The notes below the pieces were generated by a model. That model was given only the letters and a program-made list of their open reading frames with translations, was not told the origin of the DNA and did not search any database. The position numbers and the translations under genes were made by a program. This document shows positions 1 to 14,959 of a stretch of DNA of 64,000 bases, piece after piece; position 1 is the first letter of the stretch, and every line of letters begins with the position of its first letter. This DNA comes from Trichoplax adhaerens (lineage: Eukaryota; Animalia; Placozoa): the NCBI RefSeq assembly GCF_000150275.1, contig NW_002060954.1, forward strand, positions 1,364,001 through 1,428,000, in the 5' to 3' direction.

Positions 1-3000
1 GATGATTTAAAGAGTTTTTCATCAGGAATACCATAATGCTTATCAAATTTTCTTGCAAAACTATGCAATGCAACGATAATATTTTCAGAATAAGAGATAA
101 CATCAGTATCGATATTACAATATTCTGTCTTAACACAAATTTTTTTACACCAGTTGTAAGATACTGAAAGCACTATTAATATTTGCAATTACTTCACGTT
201 ATATAAACAAAGAATATTAATTTAAATAAGTATTCATTACTTTCTTTGGTAAGTACTACGTTTTAAATTATAGTTTGAATAGGCTAAAGGATTTCTCCAG
301 ATTTGTACGTTAACAAATTTCTCAGTAAAGTACTACAATTACCGCGTTATAGAGCCGGCAACCAGTCCAGGTTTATCGTAAAATTTTCTTAATAGTCCAC
401 TATTAGCTAGAGCACGTCTTGATGAAATTATTGCTTCATTTGATTTAACTCTACTTTCTTTATTAACATGACCCTATTACAGACAAAAACAAAAATTCTA
501 TTACTTTACGTTATTTATAATCCTGCTACCCATGAACTAAACTGTTTTGTTTTCCATAAGATTTTAGCAATCATGAAACATGTAAATAGAACGTAAAACT
601 AAGTTTTTCAGCTATTCTCATTCGCTGGTATCAAACTTTCACAGCGTTTTTACTGAATATCTACAATGCCCAATTTTTTATATTACATGTAACTTTATAT
701 TCAGTTACAGTAATTTATGAATATTTAGTTGTCTCTTCTCAGTGAAACAAACCTTTATCAACTTCTGACCCCCTTGAACATGTAGCCAGTTGTTATGTGT
801 AGGAGAATAGCTAACGATTAAACTCGCGATACAGTCCTTATGATTTGTTTCAAACATAAAACACCGATGATCGTTTTCCTGGGTGATAACATTTAAGGTC
901 AGTACACTATGTTCGAAATCTATGCCAATATGATCTAATGCAGAGTATGGGTACGAAGCTAATATTTCTTTTTTGTGATAGTTCACGAATTTGAAACCGA
1001 TGTGGTCCACGGCCAAATAAATATGATTAGGGTACATCCAGAATCCCTTATAGGTAACTTCGAATAGGGTCGCTCCGTAAAGTTGATACTGTTTAATGCA
1101 AGTTAAATAAATAACTTTTGCTTGTATTTCTGATAATCCATAACCATAATCCTAAATTGTAGAAATTATTACGTCAATCGGCGATATGGTGACGCAACCA
1201 CATAAACAACTAATGCGAGTACAGTAAGTACACTATTTTTAAATCAGAGAATTGATTACATAGGAACGATTAACTTTTTATGTGAAATAGTACTCAGATT
1301 CTAACCTTATGCGCTTGTGCTATTGCTTTAGAGATATCCTCCATACGTTGAGCATTGCTGTTTTCTATTATTCTCGAACTTAGGAAATCGAAAGGTTGAG
1401 TATACCTGTCACGATCAAAATATAAATAAGGGTATTTTCATACTGGCGATAAAGAGCTTTTGATGTTGTTAACAACGAATAACCACAAGAGGCAGCTCAG
1501 ATGATAATCAATTCAATTACCATAGTCGCCGCTTATATTAACATTATCACTAAGCATCATGCAGCTTCTTTATCCGAATGTTAATAAAGGGATACATCAA
1601 TACAACATAGATACTACTAGCAATTAAATTTATCTCCCTGCAGATGGATAATCATGTTCTATTATCAACTTTGGAGATAATACCTGTCCTTTCTAGATGA
1701 TACGTAGTCTCCATAACAGACTTGAGCTTGCAGGCCAGCTAATTGAAAGGCTACTTTATTAGTGATTGGAAATTTATCCTCCTAGGATTGATACCGCAAA
1801 TGTAGAATTAATTCGTATGTATAAATAGCGATATTCGTTAACAAGCCTAGACGCAGAAAATCAATACTAGTAATTCACAGTAATAACATAAAGTTAAGAT
1901 GCTAACCTTTATAATGTCATGCACAGCTTGAGCATATATTAAATGATGTTCAACCAGGTCTTGTGGTAATGCTTTAGGATTTAGAAATATTCTTTTTCTT
2001 AGAATAAATCGAGCGTCTCCAGCGCCTAATACTTCCACTGGTCTCTCTTTCGTCTGTGTATTATAGTTCCTCATGATAGCTGACGTACGATTATCTCTGT
2101 AATATTTAACGATATCTTAAAGTTAATTTACGTAGAATGATAAGCTAAAAATACCGTAGGATGCATGATATCTCTTCTAATAAAAATTACATCCATGAAT
2201 GATAAAGAAATGATAAGTAATAGAGATATAGTTTCCCCAGTTACTATGCTATTGCAATGTAAAGACTAAAAAATAAGATTAACACAAATATCTACGTAAC
2301 AAACTTACATTTCCCATTGAGCTAGTACATCAACCAGAAATTCATGTCCTCTGATGTAGCTATCAGCGTCAGGCGTGGACTAATAAAGAAGGTAAAATTT
2401 TTAAGTGATAACTTATTAGAATGGACAGTTCTCCGCTATAGTACATACTAAATGATGAGAAGATAGGATTTCTTTAATAATAACACTTAGCATCTTTATG
2501 GTTAATTCTGTTTTCTAGCGTAGTTAGCTCACCTCGTACAAAGCCCAACCGTCATAATTCTGTAATCCTATGGCTTTGGCTAACAACTTAGTGACATCGG
2601 AGGCTGTATGATACAGTTCATACTCAATGACTACAGATTTGCAGTCCATTAAGTAAAATTGACACATTAATGGACTAAGCGATTGCACAGCCTAGATTAA
2701 ATAGAGAAGAACGTTTACAATAATTTACTACATAGTAAAACCTCTTATAAGATACTATATACCCGAAATTCAATCTTCGATGGAGAATGCCGACGAGCAC
2801 CAATTTTAGTTTGGCGAAGTACATCCTTGCACCATGAAGCATAGTGACCAATAAAGACGTTATCCATACTCGATTTTAAATATTGGACCAAATACTGTTA
2901 ACAGTTCAAAATGCATTGAATGTTACGATATTATGTATATTATATAAATAGCACAATTGAGCGAATGCATTATTTCGTTTCTGATAAATTTGTGTCTCAA

Positions 3001-6000
3001 AAGCTTATAATTCAACAAAATTGATGATCTGCAGGGACACATACATACCTTACTAAACAATTTGCTAGGCGGAAATGCTACTGCACATAAAGCCATAAGA
3101 CACCAGCCTTTTAAACTAGAACCAGATTTAGGATTTTCTGTTCCTTGCCTGATAATCTGTACATAGATCTCATCTCTAAGTTCGCTATTATTGATACCAT
3201 GGCCAACAATGCGTTGTACTACTTCACAAGAGTGTTCTTCAGACGTTTCAGGGTGCAAGTATACATTTAAATCCTTTGAAAGAATTCATTGTCAATGATG
3301 GTTAGTAATAATTAAAACCAGTAAGTCTTAGAAAGATCATCTAATTACGTGGTTACTTAAGATATTTTAAAAAGTGCACTTTGATCCCTTCGATAGTGTC
3401 CTACAGTCATCACATACCTTAAAAATTGAACATGCTAATCTTTCACTTTCTCTATCGTGGATATGAATATGAGACATATGAATAGTATTTGATGATGTAT
3501 ACTTTAGTAATTCTTCACGCGATGTTGTCTATTGGATAAATCAATGTTTAAATTTGATGCATAAATATTTTTTTAAATAAGAGACCACCAATGTGTAAAT
3601 AATCATGTAATTTAAAAATTTTTTAAAATTTGTTAAATTCTACGCATAAAGATCAAGCATTGAATATATTCTGTCATCTATAGAGGATAAAGAACTACTC
3701 TTATTACTAACACCACTCCTCTTTAATGTTTTCTTTCCCGAGGCTTTGTGGTTGCTATCTTTATTATGATCATTAAAGTATAATCTTGCGAATTCAACAA
3801 GACTGTAATCTCCTTCATTCGTAGCTGGATTATTATGTGCAGATCCAGGTGGGAATCTATGATTTGGCTGAGATTTAGTCTTTCGTTCCAGTTTATCAAC
3901 AGCTTTCTTAATACGATTTCTTCGCTGCTCTGATATCGATCCTGTAGCTTTCGGTAACACCTAAAGATACAATAAAAATTGTTCAGTTTCCTTTACTTTA
4001 TTTCACGATAGCGATATAAATGCATATTAAAACTGCTAATCATTTCTTTAAGCTACAATAATTAAGAACCTTTAGGACTTCAAAAGCCAAAATTAAAAAC
4101 TAAAAAATAATAAAACATAAAAATGTACGAACTTCTTCTTTGGTATCTTGATTAAAAATAACATCCATTTCTTTGTAAATTTGAACTAATTTCTCTTGCA
4201 TATCACGACGTGCTTTAATTTTGTGATGATAGTAATTGTTTTGGCCTTTTATAAACTTAATCAGATCTTCCAATGATGTTTTGCCATTAGGTTTGCAATT
4301 TAATTCTGCCATTCTTATCAAAGTATACAACTCCCGTTGTGCACGCCTATCGAGGATATCAGTAAAGAAAGAAATACGAATATTTTTAAGCGTTCTATAG
4401 GTTCAAAAAATTCTGATTGCTAGATTTATTTTACTGAAGTATAATATGGTAAAGAATTTTGATTGCTAGTACGAAAGGAAAAAATTAACTTTAACTTTCT
4501 AGTAGCGGTCACAAAGGGGTTTGCAGGACCTTTCAGTAATAGCTTCATGATCCTCTTCTTTCTCTGGCTTGACAATGATCTGTTTCATCAAGTCTGTGGA
4601 ATCTTCATCTAGTTGTTTTCTTTTCTTTTCTTCCTCTGCTTGCTGTCTCCTGTACCTGATTTCCTTTGCCAGTTCCCGAGCAAACGCTCCTCTCCAGTAA
4701 GACTTTATAATTACATAACATTAATATTTAAATAGTTTATATGAACAGAGCAAGTTAAGATAAAGTTCAAAGAATTTACGGACCAGCATATTGGATAATT
4801 TCTTATATAGTCTATTCAGAAAATGAAATACCTGAATAACTATAGCTGCTTTCTTCTTTTTTAGAAATGCTATTCTATCTTTTCTTCCTTTAAGGTGCTT
4901 TTGCAGCATAACAGCAGCTTGTCTTTTCTTCAAGTAACCTGTTGACGTGTAGTAGATACCCACAAATTAACTATCAAGTAGTCTTAATTTATTATATTTG
5001 CATATCTCTTTGTTCAATTGTGATAAGCTTACGCTTCCAGTGGTACATCCCGCGGCAAAGTCTTTGTACAGTCACTACTTTTTCCATGAATAACGCTTTA
5101 CGGCTATCTTCTAATGAATCAAAAGCAGATTGTCGTAGGAATATCTAACAGACGTAAAGAAGAAATGAATTTATGGTTAATATTGCACAAATAGATATTC
5201 GAAATAATTTAAGGTATGTAGCGTATTTAGTTCATCAAATGTCTGTACCTTCGTTCTACCACACAACCAATCTGACTTATCCACTGGTAACAAATCCAGT
5301 AATGCAACACAAGCTGCTTTTAAATCTGATGAAGGTGTATTCGACTCTTTGGTAGAAACCAAACAACGAAACTGTTCTAAGAAACTCTTAAATTCAAAAT
5401 ATATTGGATAACCCTATAAGAAGGAAATGAACAACGGTCAAGAATAAAAATAGCTGATGTCAAGTACTCACTACATTATAAAAATAGCTGATGTTAAGTA
5501 CTCACTACATTGTGCATACATTATACCGCTACTTTAAAAATGCATAAATCATTTCACAATGACAGTTGCTGAATAACGAAAGCTAATGTAGTAGATAGTA
5601 TAGTAGAGTGCCAAATATCAAAATACGATCCCTTAAGCCAAAAGAAGTTGCTACGAAGCGATTGGTAAAGATATAAATCATGTTTGTACCTGTTTCTTAA
5701 ATAAAATTATACTGATTAGGTCTGAGTATCGTAATTGCTCTGTTACAAGTGCCTCATCGTAAGTTTCCGGGTTTAATGACAAATTGGGCTTTAAGCATCT
5801 GATATACCTATAGTTAATGGACAATAATTACACACAGTTACCGTACATTCTCTCATACTCGACAATGAGGTTCCTCCAAACTATAATAGTTGATAACAAC
5901 TTTAAACAAATTATATATTTTGTAATAATTTAGAACTAGCTTACCATCGATTACAGCTATTGATGTCTAAAAACAGTTCATCGATTTTGTTTCGTAGCAT

Positions 6001-9000
6001 ACTGATATATGATCGCTTGAGCTTTTATTATAAAATCAACGGCATTTGCAATATTAGCTGATAACTGGCTCAATTTTTCGACTAAACAGTAATAATAATA
6101 ACAGTATGGTAAAACAGGAAACTTACCTTGTCATTGGATTTCTTTTCGACTTGGTTAGAGTCTTGGGAGACATCTCCGTTTGTACGGGAATTAGCACTTA
6201 TTTCCATGGCACTCTTGTTGATTCTATTAGTGCCATAAGATATTTTCCATAACTTTTGAGTACTAGGATGATTATACCACATGTTTCTTCTTTTGGATAA
6301 TTTCGTTTTGTTACTTTCTGGTTGGATATATTCCTCTTTCTCGCTTTTATCATCTCTACAATCGTCAGTAGACGTCTTGTCATCACTAAAGCCAGTTGTA
6401 TCATCAGTTTTTGACGAATGTTCGCTAGTTCTGGAGCTGATGTCATCCAATTCGCCACTGTTTATTTTAGGACTTCCGATGCTCTGAAATTAGGATCATT
6501 TTATTTAAGAATAGACATAAAGTATAAAGCAAATAGAACTTCTATTTCCTAAAATAGCAATTTAGTAGTTAATTCTATATTTCTGTATGCAAAATTTTAC
6601 AATATTTGCCGCCTACCGTTCCGTTAAGTTGTCCTGTTAAATTATCAACCTTTTCCCCTACCTGAAAATAATTTTATATTAATAATCTACAATAGACATA
6701 GTCAATCATGAAAATGTATAGGCAAGGATATATTATAGAAAACTAAATTGTTTTACCTCAGAAATACCAAACTCTTGAAGTAAAGGCTGTGTCGAGTCTC
6801 TCATAGTATCAAAGAGTATCTGATTTTGCAATAATTTATTACTCTGTAAAAATGAGTCAACACTATAAAGTACGCGGCCGTTATAATGTTCTATTCCAAA
6901 TTTTTGCTTCCAATAACGCCTGTCCTTATTTTTGACGTAATATTTGTTCTTTTCTAGAGCTTTATGCTGCTTCAACACATAAGATGTATTCGGCTCCTAA
7001 TACAGAACATTTTTGAATTAATGCTATACCTACAGATACTATGCACAACTTGGCTACGAGATCTCTAGGGCACCTTGACACACAGCTACGCTGATTTAAT
7101 CAACGCTAAGCTTGCAACTAGCAAATAGGAGCATACAGAAGGGAGATTTACTTACTTTAGCCCATCTTCTGTAAACAGTTTCCACATGTAGCGTAGATAT
7201 GATCGAATTTTCTTCCTAGTTTATTTTCATACAATGTATAATCCAAATAAGTGTATTTGTAACATAGCCGATGCTATCAATTCATAAGGTTTCGCTAAGA
7301 TTTTCTAGAGAAATCCATTATCTGACGTACCGTTGATTCTATCATTGATAAGCAGGCAATGTTATTGTAAACGTTAGGGACGCAAGCATCAACTTCTTCA
7401 TTCGCATACTAAACCAAAAATTAGAAATGAAAGCCTTTTCAGATTAGTTATATTTATAACGACGTCTAATCATGTAAAGATTTATCGGTGAAAATATTAA
7501 CTTTTACTGTATTTACGTTTAAACTTCATGCTTCTATTGAAAAAGGCGATAAATGAAATAGATGCCAGAATTAACTCTATGGTATATAACTTACCGCCTG
7601 CTGCGCATTGATGAATGTGTCGTTGATGATATAATTGTGCAGTTTTTCATTGATATAATTAGTACAAAGCTGTTGGAAAGTATTTTTCTGTAGAGAAGGC
7701 ATAAATGTAACATAATTGCTTTCACAATAGCGTAAAAAATTTTAAAAGATAATCCATGCAAAACTTAATAGAACCTACATCTGCTGCCTCAAATCCACTG
7801 ATATCTAGAATTCCTATATATAATGATGAAGCTGAAGGGGGTGCCAGTACAGCATTAACTTTATCGATTACCCAGTTAAAGATCTTTTCATATAATAACT
7901 TCGCTAAAAGACGACAATTAGATTTAGCCTGGTGAAACACAGATAGCGTAAATAAAAAATCGTTAGTTTAGATGTGGTTAACCGTTACATTACTTCTAAC
8001 ATAAATATTACGAAATCATATGCTTTATCGACATTGGCATTGAATCGATGTTAATACCTCTTCTATTGTCAATGGGTAATCAGTTAGTACACCCCTAATA
8101 CGTAATTGCTTTATTGTTATCAATTTAGCAACGGCCTCTTGAGAAATCCCTAGCAGGTGCGCTATCTTTTCAATTAAATCTAAATCTTGGTAAGTTAAGC
8201 GACATGCTTCACCGTTGACATCCTCGAATTCAAAATTAGTCATTGATAATATTGCAGAGAGGATTCGAAAAATGCAGTCAACGGTTTCTGGTGAAATCGA
8301 GAGTAAGTTCATAGCTAATCGTAGCTTTGAAAATTTTTGATTTTCGTCATCTCCAACTTCGACTTGTTCTTGATCGCAAAGTAGATTGTAGTTGAATTGA
8401 GTATCGATATTATATAGTTTCTTAACGTCAGTATTTAATGTACTTGCTCCCAGTAAGTAGTAGAATATATTAAAATTTCTTTCTCCAATAGGTTGATGCA
8501 CCAATCGATTAGTTTCTAACTGAAACGTATCAAACTTGCATCCACATATAAATGTTTTATCATTGTAGTACAATCGCATATAGGTGCTTCGGCGACTAGC
8601 ATTTGGTGATAAAGAAGTTTTTGCATTTCCTAAAATTGAAAACAATTTGTTGGATTGTCTGATTTACTTGAGTTTCTTAATTTTCAAATATCAATAGTTC
8701 AAAACACGTGCAGGTAAACAACAATTTCTAGCCCAAGCAATGCATGAGGTTCATCTATATTATAATTATGCGCGCATAATCTAGTTCCAAACATATTATA
8801 TTGTACGTTATGAAACTCCTTATAGAAGAAATGTAGACTACTACAGCAACTATTTATACTGTCTTCAAAAAGGCATACGTGCAAATTTAATCACAGATGT
8901 TACAGTCGTTGCAAGACTAAATCTTTATACGCTATATAGCGATATATAAGAATCTTTCCGCAAATAACAGTGCAATAATTGTAATGTTGTATCGTAATCA

Positions 9001-11120
9001 CTTCAGTGTATATGTATACGAGGTGCAATATCAAAACGTTACCAAATGCTTCCGTAATCATTAACGCTTCTAGTATTAAAGAATCCATCCAGCCGGTGCT
9101 ATCGAAACTAGATAGCGTGCATAAATATTGTAAGATGTTTCTTGTAGCTTCAGTCTATATTACATAAATCAAAAAATTTGTTATCATTAATATTTGTGAA
9201 ATTAATTCAAAGATGTGATAATTAGGATTTGTTATGATCTTTCTCAGTATTGTTAGCGTATAGAATAGCTGTACTAAATAATACAACTAGTTGATGACTA
9301 AATATAGATGCTACTGCAATATCAGAAATATTTTTAATTAAACTTACTTTGCCTGATCCCGTGTCACCTGCAATAATATAGCATTGATTTTCTTGTGTGC
9401 ATCTTAAGGAATGTAATGCTGATTGTGCAATGGCGAATATATGCGGCGGTAAAGTATCGAGCCTGGTTCTGCTATATTTTACGATATTTTCCTATAAAGA
9501 AGAGTTGGATTAAATTAGATAAAAAGCAATGTGATTTGACCTTAATAGACTGATTATCACACGTAATTAGTTATTACACTCTCTACATTATTCTATATAT
9601 AGCGACTTCTATTACGATTTAAACATTACTCTTATAATTCTTAGACGCTTTCAGTTAATTACTTTGGCTAGGGTAGCAAGATAATTAATTTAAGCAGTAA
9701 CTATATAGAACTAATATACGTCATTATATGTTTATTCTTCTATATTCTCTACAGTTAGATTACCTTACTCCGAAAGACTTTTAATTATCGTATTATAATA
9801 ATATGGTATTTTAAAGAGACATTAAGGAATAATGTACGATACAATAGATATATTATATATATACTACAGGAATCATAAATTGTAAAAATGCTTCATATGC
9901 TGTAATAATAGAAATATGACAGCTAATCATTTTACACAAGTTTGGACTATTCATCAAATTTGCTACTTTTAATATCAAAAATAGTGTCTTATTGAAACTA
10001 GAAAGTTTAATGATTATTATCACATTGTTTCACTAACTGTTCACTGAATTGCTATAAAATTAACTAGTATTATATAGTAAGCAGCAACTTACGATTTCAT
10101 AGATTTTTAACGGTTTACAAGGATTGATTGCCAGTAATGTTGTGCCTGCATATGTCTGTAACATTAAAAAAAAACATTTTTATAAGCAAACCAGCAATAA
10201 GTTGAATATAATTCAGAAAAATTAGTTATTAAGGGTTACACTAAAGACTATGCTTGGTTGCATTACATACTCTATTGATGTCAATGACATCGTGTCATGG
10301 ATACGATGCTTAAATGGACTAGCAAAGGCCAAATTTACAGTAGAATTAGAAATACTTACTCAGAAGGATTGATTATATAGTTTACATTATGTGATACTGC
10401 ATAGAAATGTGGCGAATATAGCAAATCGAAAAGACAAAAGTGCTGATTTAATAGACCGTATTAGACTCATAAGGTCCGCAACTTACCCGTTCAGTATTAG
10501 CACAAGCTAAATCATTATCTTACGATAATGAGTTTATTACATTATACTGTACAGTAATACAGAAAACTTAAAATTAGTACCAATGTACAGTTAGATACAC
10601 GTATGTAGGATCGGCTGATGATATATTACTACAAATAACTTTATCAAAGAAACTCCTAATAATTAATCAAATGAAGACTCAACCTACTATCATAATGTAA
10701 GCAAAAATATTGTATGCAGAGCAAGTAACAAAGTACTGTATAGAGTTTGAGAGGTTTTATCGATAACTACAGCTATGTCGTCCAATTACACATTGCGCTA
10801 AAATGTAAGACTATACTAAACATTGGAATGAGTATCTTAAAAATTGAAACTTCTTTTATTCAATTCGTCGACTTCCACTACATATGATGATATAAATAAA
10901 TAGAATGAATTTGCAAGATTTGAATATTGTTTCAGGCATTGTCCAACTTCGGGATTGATCATAAACAGCTTCATTTCGAACATACTATTACTTACGTAAA
11001 TTTGATCGGCCATAAAACGTGACTTTAAACATTCAGTAACTGTATGTTCATTGATGTTATCATTGATTAATAGATCTTCCGAATGTTTATCTTCAGCACC
11101 AATGCCAGATCGTTCGGGGT
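1..11120 (-). CDS. Unconventional MyTH4-FERM myosin (class VII/X/XV/XXII group), multi-exon; 3' end runs off the window, start codon not located
   Basis: Spliced exons give EDLLINDNINEHTVTECLKSRFMADQIY|TYAGTTLLAINP (10996-11120, 10091-10156); LPPHIFAIAQ...IIAGDTGSGK|TE (P-loop, 9348-9491); EAFGNAKT; ERNFNIFYYLL; IGILDISGFE; QLCTNYINEKL; FGIEHYNGRVLY; YIRCLKPN; three IQ-like motifs (4680-5100); MyTH4 LRDEIYVQIIRQGTENP...GWCLMALCAVAFPPS (3049-3275); FERM (GWALYE, FILRKRIFLNP, YAQAVHD, YGATLFEV; 750-2690). Coding exons continue at 343-475 and 1-60. Confidence 0.93.
5444..5511. repeat. 34-bp tandem duplication in a myosin intron
   Basis: ataaaaatagctgatgt(c/t)aagtactcactacatt occurs twice, one mismatch. 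Confidence 0.9.
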
Positions 11121-12028
11121 CTAAGCATAGACGTATAAGAAAGAATATTGATAGTGTACCGTTATTGAAAATTTATCACCATAACACCAGGATTTGTAGA
11201 TACATTTAATTTAAAATAGTCATTTTCTCAATTGCAGTGCACGTTTATCATTATCAACATGACAGATCCATGCAATTCATGTGGTAATCCTATTTACAGC
11301 GCTGAAAAAATTTAAAATTTGATCACCATTCTTTTCAGAGTGAATACGTCGTATGTAAATGAATGGATATGACAGATATACTGTACCGTATCAAGAGTTT
11401 TTTATCAAGTTCATAAACTAATACGCGTATGTTTTGAATTTCAGCAAAATACTTGATATATGATGGTAAGTATGTGTAGACGTGAGTGGAATGTACGTAC
11501 GTTGGCATTATTTAGGAGTTCACCTGTAGATGATTTATCGTAGGTAGTATTTTCTACTACAAATGCAGCATAGCAAGCAAAAGATTTATTTTCATCGAGA
11601 CTCCCAAACGAGAAATATGCGCTTACGCGTAGAGGGAGCTCACGAGAGGGCAAAAAACCGTTTCAAAATGCATACCTTGCGTGGTGTTTAATTTTCTCTT
11701 ATTACCTCGTACAAATTTTATTGTAGAATTCTACTGTAGTGTAGTATAGCGTCCATAAAACACTAGATTATACTGTACTTTCGTTCTCTCCCATACAGTA
11801 TAATGACTAAAATGTCTTTTACTACAGGTCAAAAAAAATCTTTTCCTGTTAGTTTTGTTTTTCAGCACTATTCTAAATTTCAACTTGTATACTTTGAAGC
11901 CTTTTTATTGTGACCGTTTAGTATACAGTATAACGTTTACTCTTCAGAAAAAGAATAAAATGCTGATTTTTTTTGGCGTCAAAGATGGTCGTTCATTGAA
12001 AGTTGTGGAAAATAGCAAATAGGCGCGT

Positions 12029-12380
12029 ATACAGTACAGTACAGTAATTGTCCATCTGCTATACTGTACTGTACATTATTTGCTATTGACATCACGTGCT
12101 AGTGTTTGTGACGTACTGTACAGTGTACAGTACTGTGTAAATGGTAGCTTACAGTACTGCACGCATAAGGGCACCAACTACAAACATACTGTACACTGTA
12201 CTGTAGTACACACAGTAAGTACTTGTGCTGTACTTGATGTTTACTGACAGCATGTTGTTAAATTTTGACTTGGATAATGATGTTATTGTAATACAGTACA
12301 GTACTGTACTGTACAGTGTACAGTATCACTGCGTACTGTACAGTTACAGTATAGTACTGTAAATTTGTACTGTACAATGT
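12029..12380. repeat. TACAG/CTGTA palindromic pentamer array upstream of the myosin
   Basis: Dense interleaved tacagtacagtacagt, tactgtactgtaca and actgtacagtgtacagtactgt. Confidence 0.85.
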
Positions 12381-14959
12381 AAACTTGTAACTATGGACAT
12401 GAATTGAAAAAAGAAAGAATCTGTCTCAGCGACCACAGAACGTTTTATTTTAGCAGTTCAGCAATAAAAAAAAGCAACTTATTATGAATTTTAGCCCTAA
12501 ATCCAACACTTTTTTTTCTTGAATGATTTTCCTTGCATATACTGTACCGTATAGTACCAGGCTAACTGTTGGAATGACAGCGCAGTACTTAGTAAATTAC
12601 GCATGATTCCTATGGTAATTTACGTTGAATTGAATTTAATGAGTACATTGATCATTTAGTATAATATTTTACAGTAATATGCCAGGGAATAATGAATCAA
12701 TCGAAAACACTCTTAAACTCTGGATTACCTTAGATCATTTTATTCAAGATTAATCATCATTTATAGTTATCACAGACCTGTTCTGAAGTAAAACTGATAT
12801 CCATTTTTTAGGCAGTCACTGTAAATCTGCAAAAGACTGTGAATATGTACGGGTACGCAAAATGCAGGTCAAATATTATGCAATACATTAACTGTATGGC
12901 ACTATAGAGTTCAAAAGTCTGGATATCAACAAAAATTGCGACATATCGTCGTGGTGTCAATGGATATTTAGACGAATTGGATTAGAATAACTATACTATC
13001 AAATAAATGCACATTTTTCTACCAAATAGACAGTACATATTCTATATAGACCTTATATATGTAGATTGTAATCATGAACTCCATTCGTGTTTTTCGGCAG
13101 AATCAACACAGATCGCAGATTTCCACAGTGAGTTGTGACTTACAACTTACGAGTAACGAGTACCAACTGAGAACTGCAGTAGAGTGTTCCAACTCACCTA
13201 CTTATTACTACATGAATTAAGCAAAATTTGGGGAAAAATATCTACCATAACGTAAGCTTTTAAGAGCATTTTGGCATCATACAGGAAGGGAACTACGTTG
13301 AGTATTGTGCAAATTATTCGCGATTCATAGTTTAGTCTAAGGGATTACGTTCGTGCCCTATAAAGTTTGAAGTCTTATGAATAAAATCATCGCCCAACAA
13401 TGGTATATTAATATACAACATTGCATAAGTTCGTTGTGTAGTCAATTTCTTACAAGAATTGACCGTATTTATAATGGACAATATCTTCTTTTCCTACAAT
13501 TCGACACTCATGATGAGGTTTAATACAACTGCCAAGTCAACAGTGTTACACTGATACACTCTTTTTGAATGATTAATTCTTGGTAGCAATATCTGAGAGT
13601 GTCATGAATATCTTAACATTTCTATTAATAATAGGCTACTATTTCTATCTGCAATAAAGGGCGAAAATAGTGAGTTTGAAGGCAATACAAGTTGAGTAGT
13701 CGGTAACTCTTGCAGCTCATAATATCGGAGTATGTATCCGTTAATAGTTAATTATAATTACAGCGTGTGCTGCTATAGCCCATAGACTAATTATACAAAG
13801 CGTAACTATCGTAAACTATAATACAATATTCTGATTAAAAAATCTCAAGTTATATATATAAGTATATAGATTTTATCTATCATTTACAGCATTCAAGAAC
13901 CGTCTTGGTAAGTTACATAAAATCATAATTAAAGCCATAGTCCTAATTACCATTTTTGTCCTACGTAATTAAGTATAAGTAGTGCTGTAGTACATATACT
14001 GTCATCAGTTAAACACTACGGTGGCGTTCTATAGTACAGTATACCTTGTTATTACTATTTCGACATTATGGTATCTTACCGTAAATCCTAGTGCATATGA
14101 GAATCATTGGTATGTGTGAATTTTATTACAGCACTAGTATCGACTGTCGAGCACTCCGAAAGCCAGATGTAATATTATCATATAAATAACACATTAATTG
14201 TAATGCTTTCTCCGTTATTTCCCTAATTAAAAATAGAATTGGACAAGTGGATAGCAATGTCGAAGTAATCAAAGTAATAAATTGGAAATCCGTAAATATA
14301 CACTACACTAATGCCGTAGAGGTACCCTTGGTCGACAGTCTTTGGCTTATTAAAATACGATAAACAAAATTGAACTTAGAAAACAAAATATGGTCAATGC
14401 GTGGATGAATAACCATAAAGCGTCAAGTGACATGCCAATATTATATTTGTGATATTACCTTTACTTCGTAGACGATGAAACCTTTCCAGAAAAATTTCCA
14501 TCTTGCTTTTAAAATGGCTGCTTATTGGAAACACTGACACTGGACAATGCGCAGTATGGTGTACTCGTATACAGTATATCGCGTTCGGCTCAACAGCAGA
14601 TATGCGAAGTACGTACCGTATCAACTACGTACACAAAGAAGAAAATGCAAGTTTTTGCAGTGTCAGACCACAACGAAATATGATAAACTAGAACTTGAAG
14701 ACAGAATTAAAGTAATAAATGTCGAAGTAGTACATTAGTATATAGTACTTTAATTAACTGTAAATAACTACCGGATTGCTGACATAACTGATTTAATGAA
14801 CCAAATATCGCTGCTCTGTAAAAAGCATATACGGTACGACTTCAGTACCAGAGTGAGTAAGCAAGTACGGTACGCCAGTAGCCGGTCGAAAATGTACGGA
14901 TGGACGGATAGAGAACACATCTCAAATCAGAATCAACAATAGGATTGTATGGGAGCATT

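Noticed and set aside
12500-14900. Possible extra gene or relic in the myosin-PAP gap (e.g. VNGYLDEL, LamG-like)
   Set aside because: No consistent exon chain or recognisable domain; may hold unlocated 5' myosin exons.
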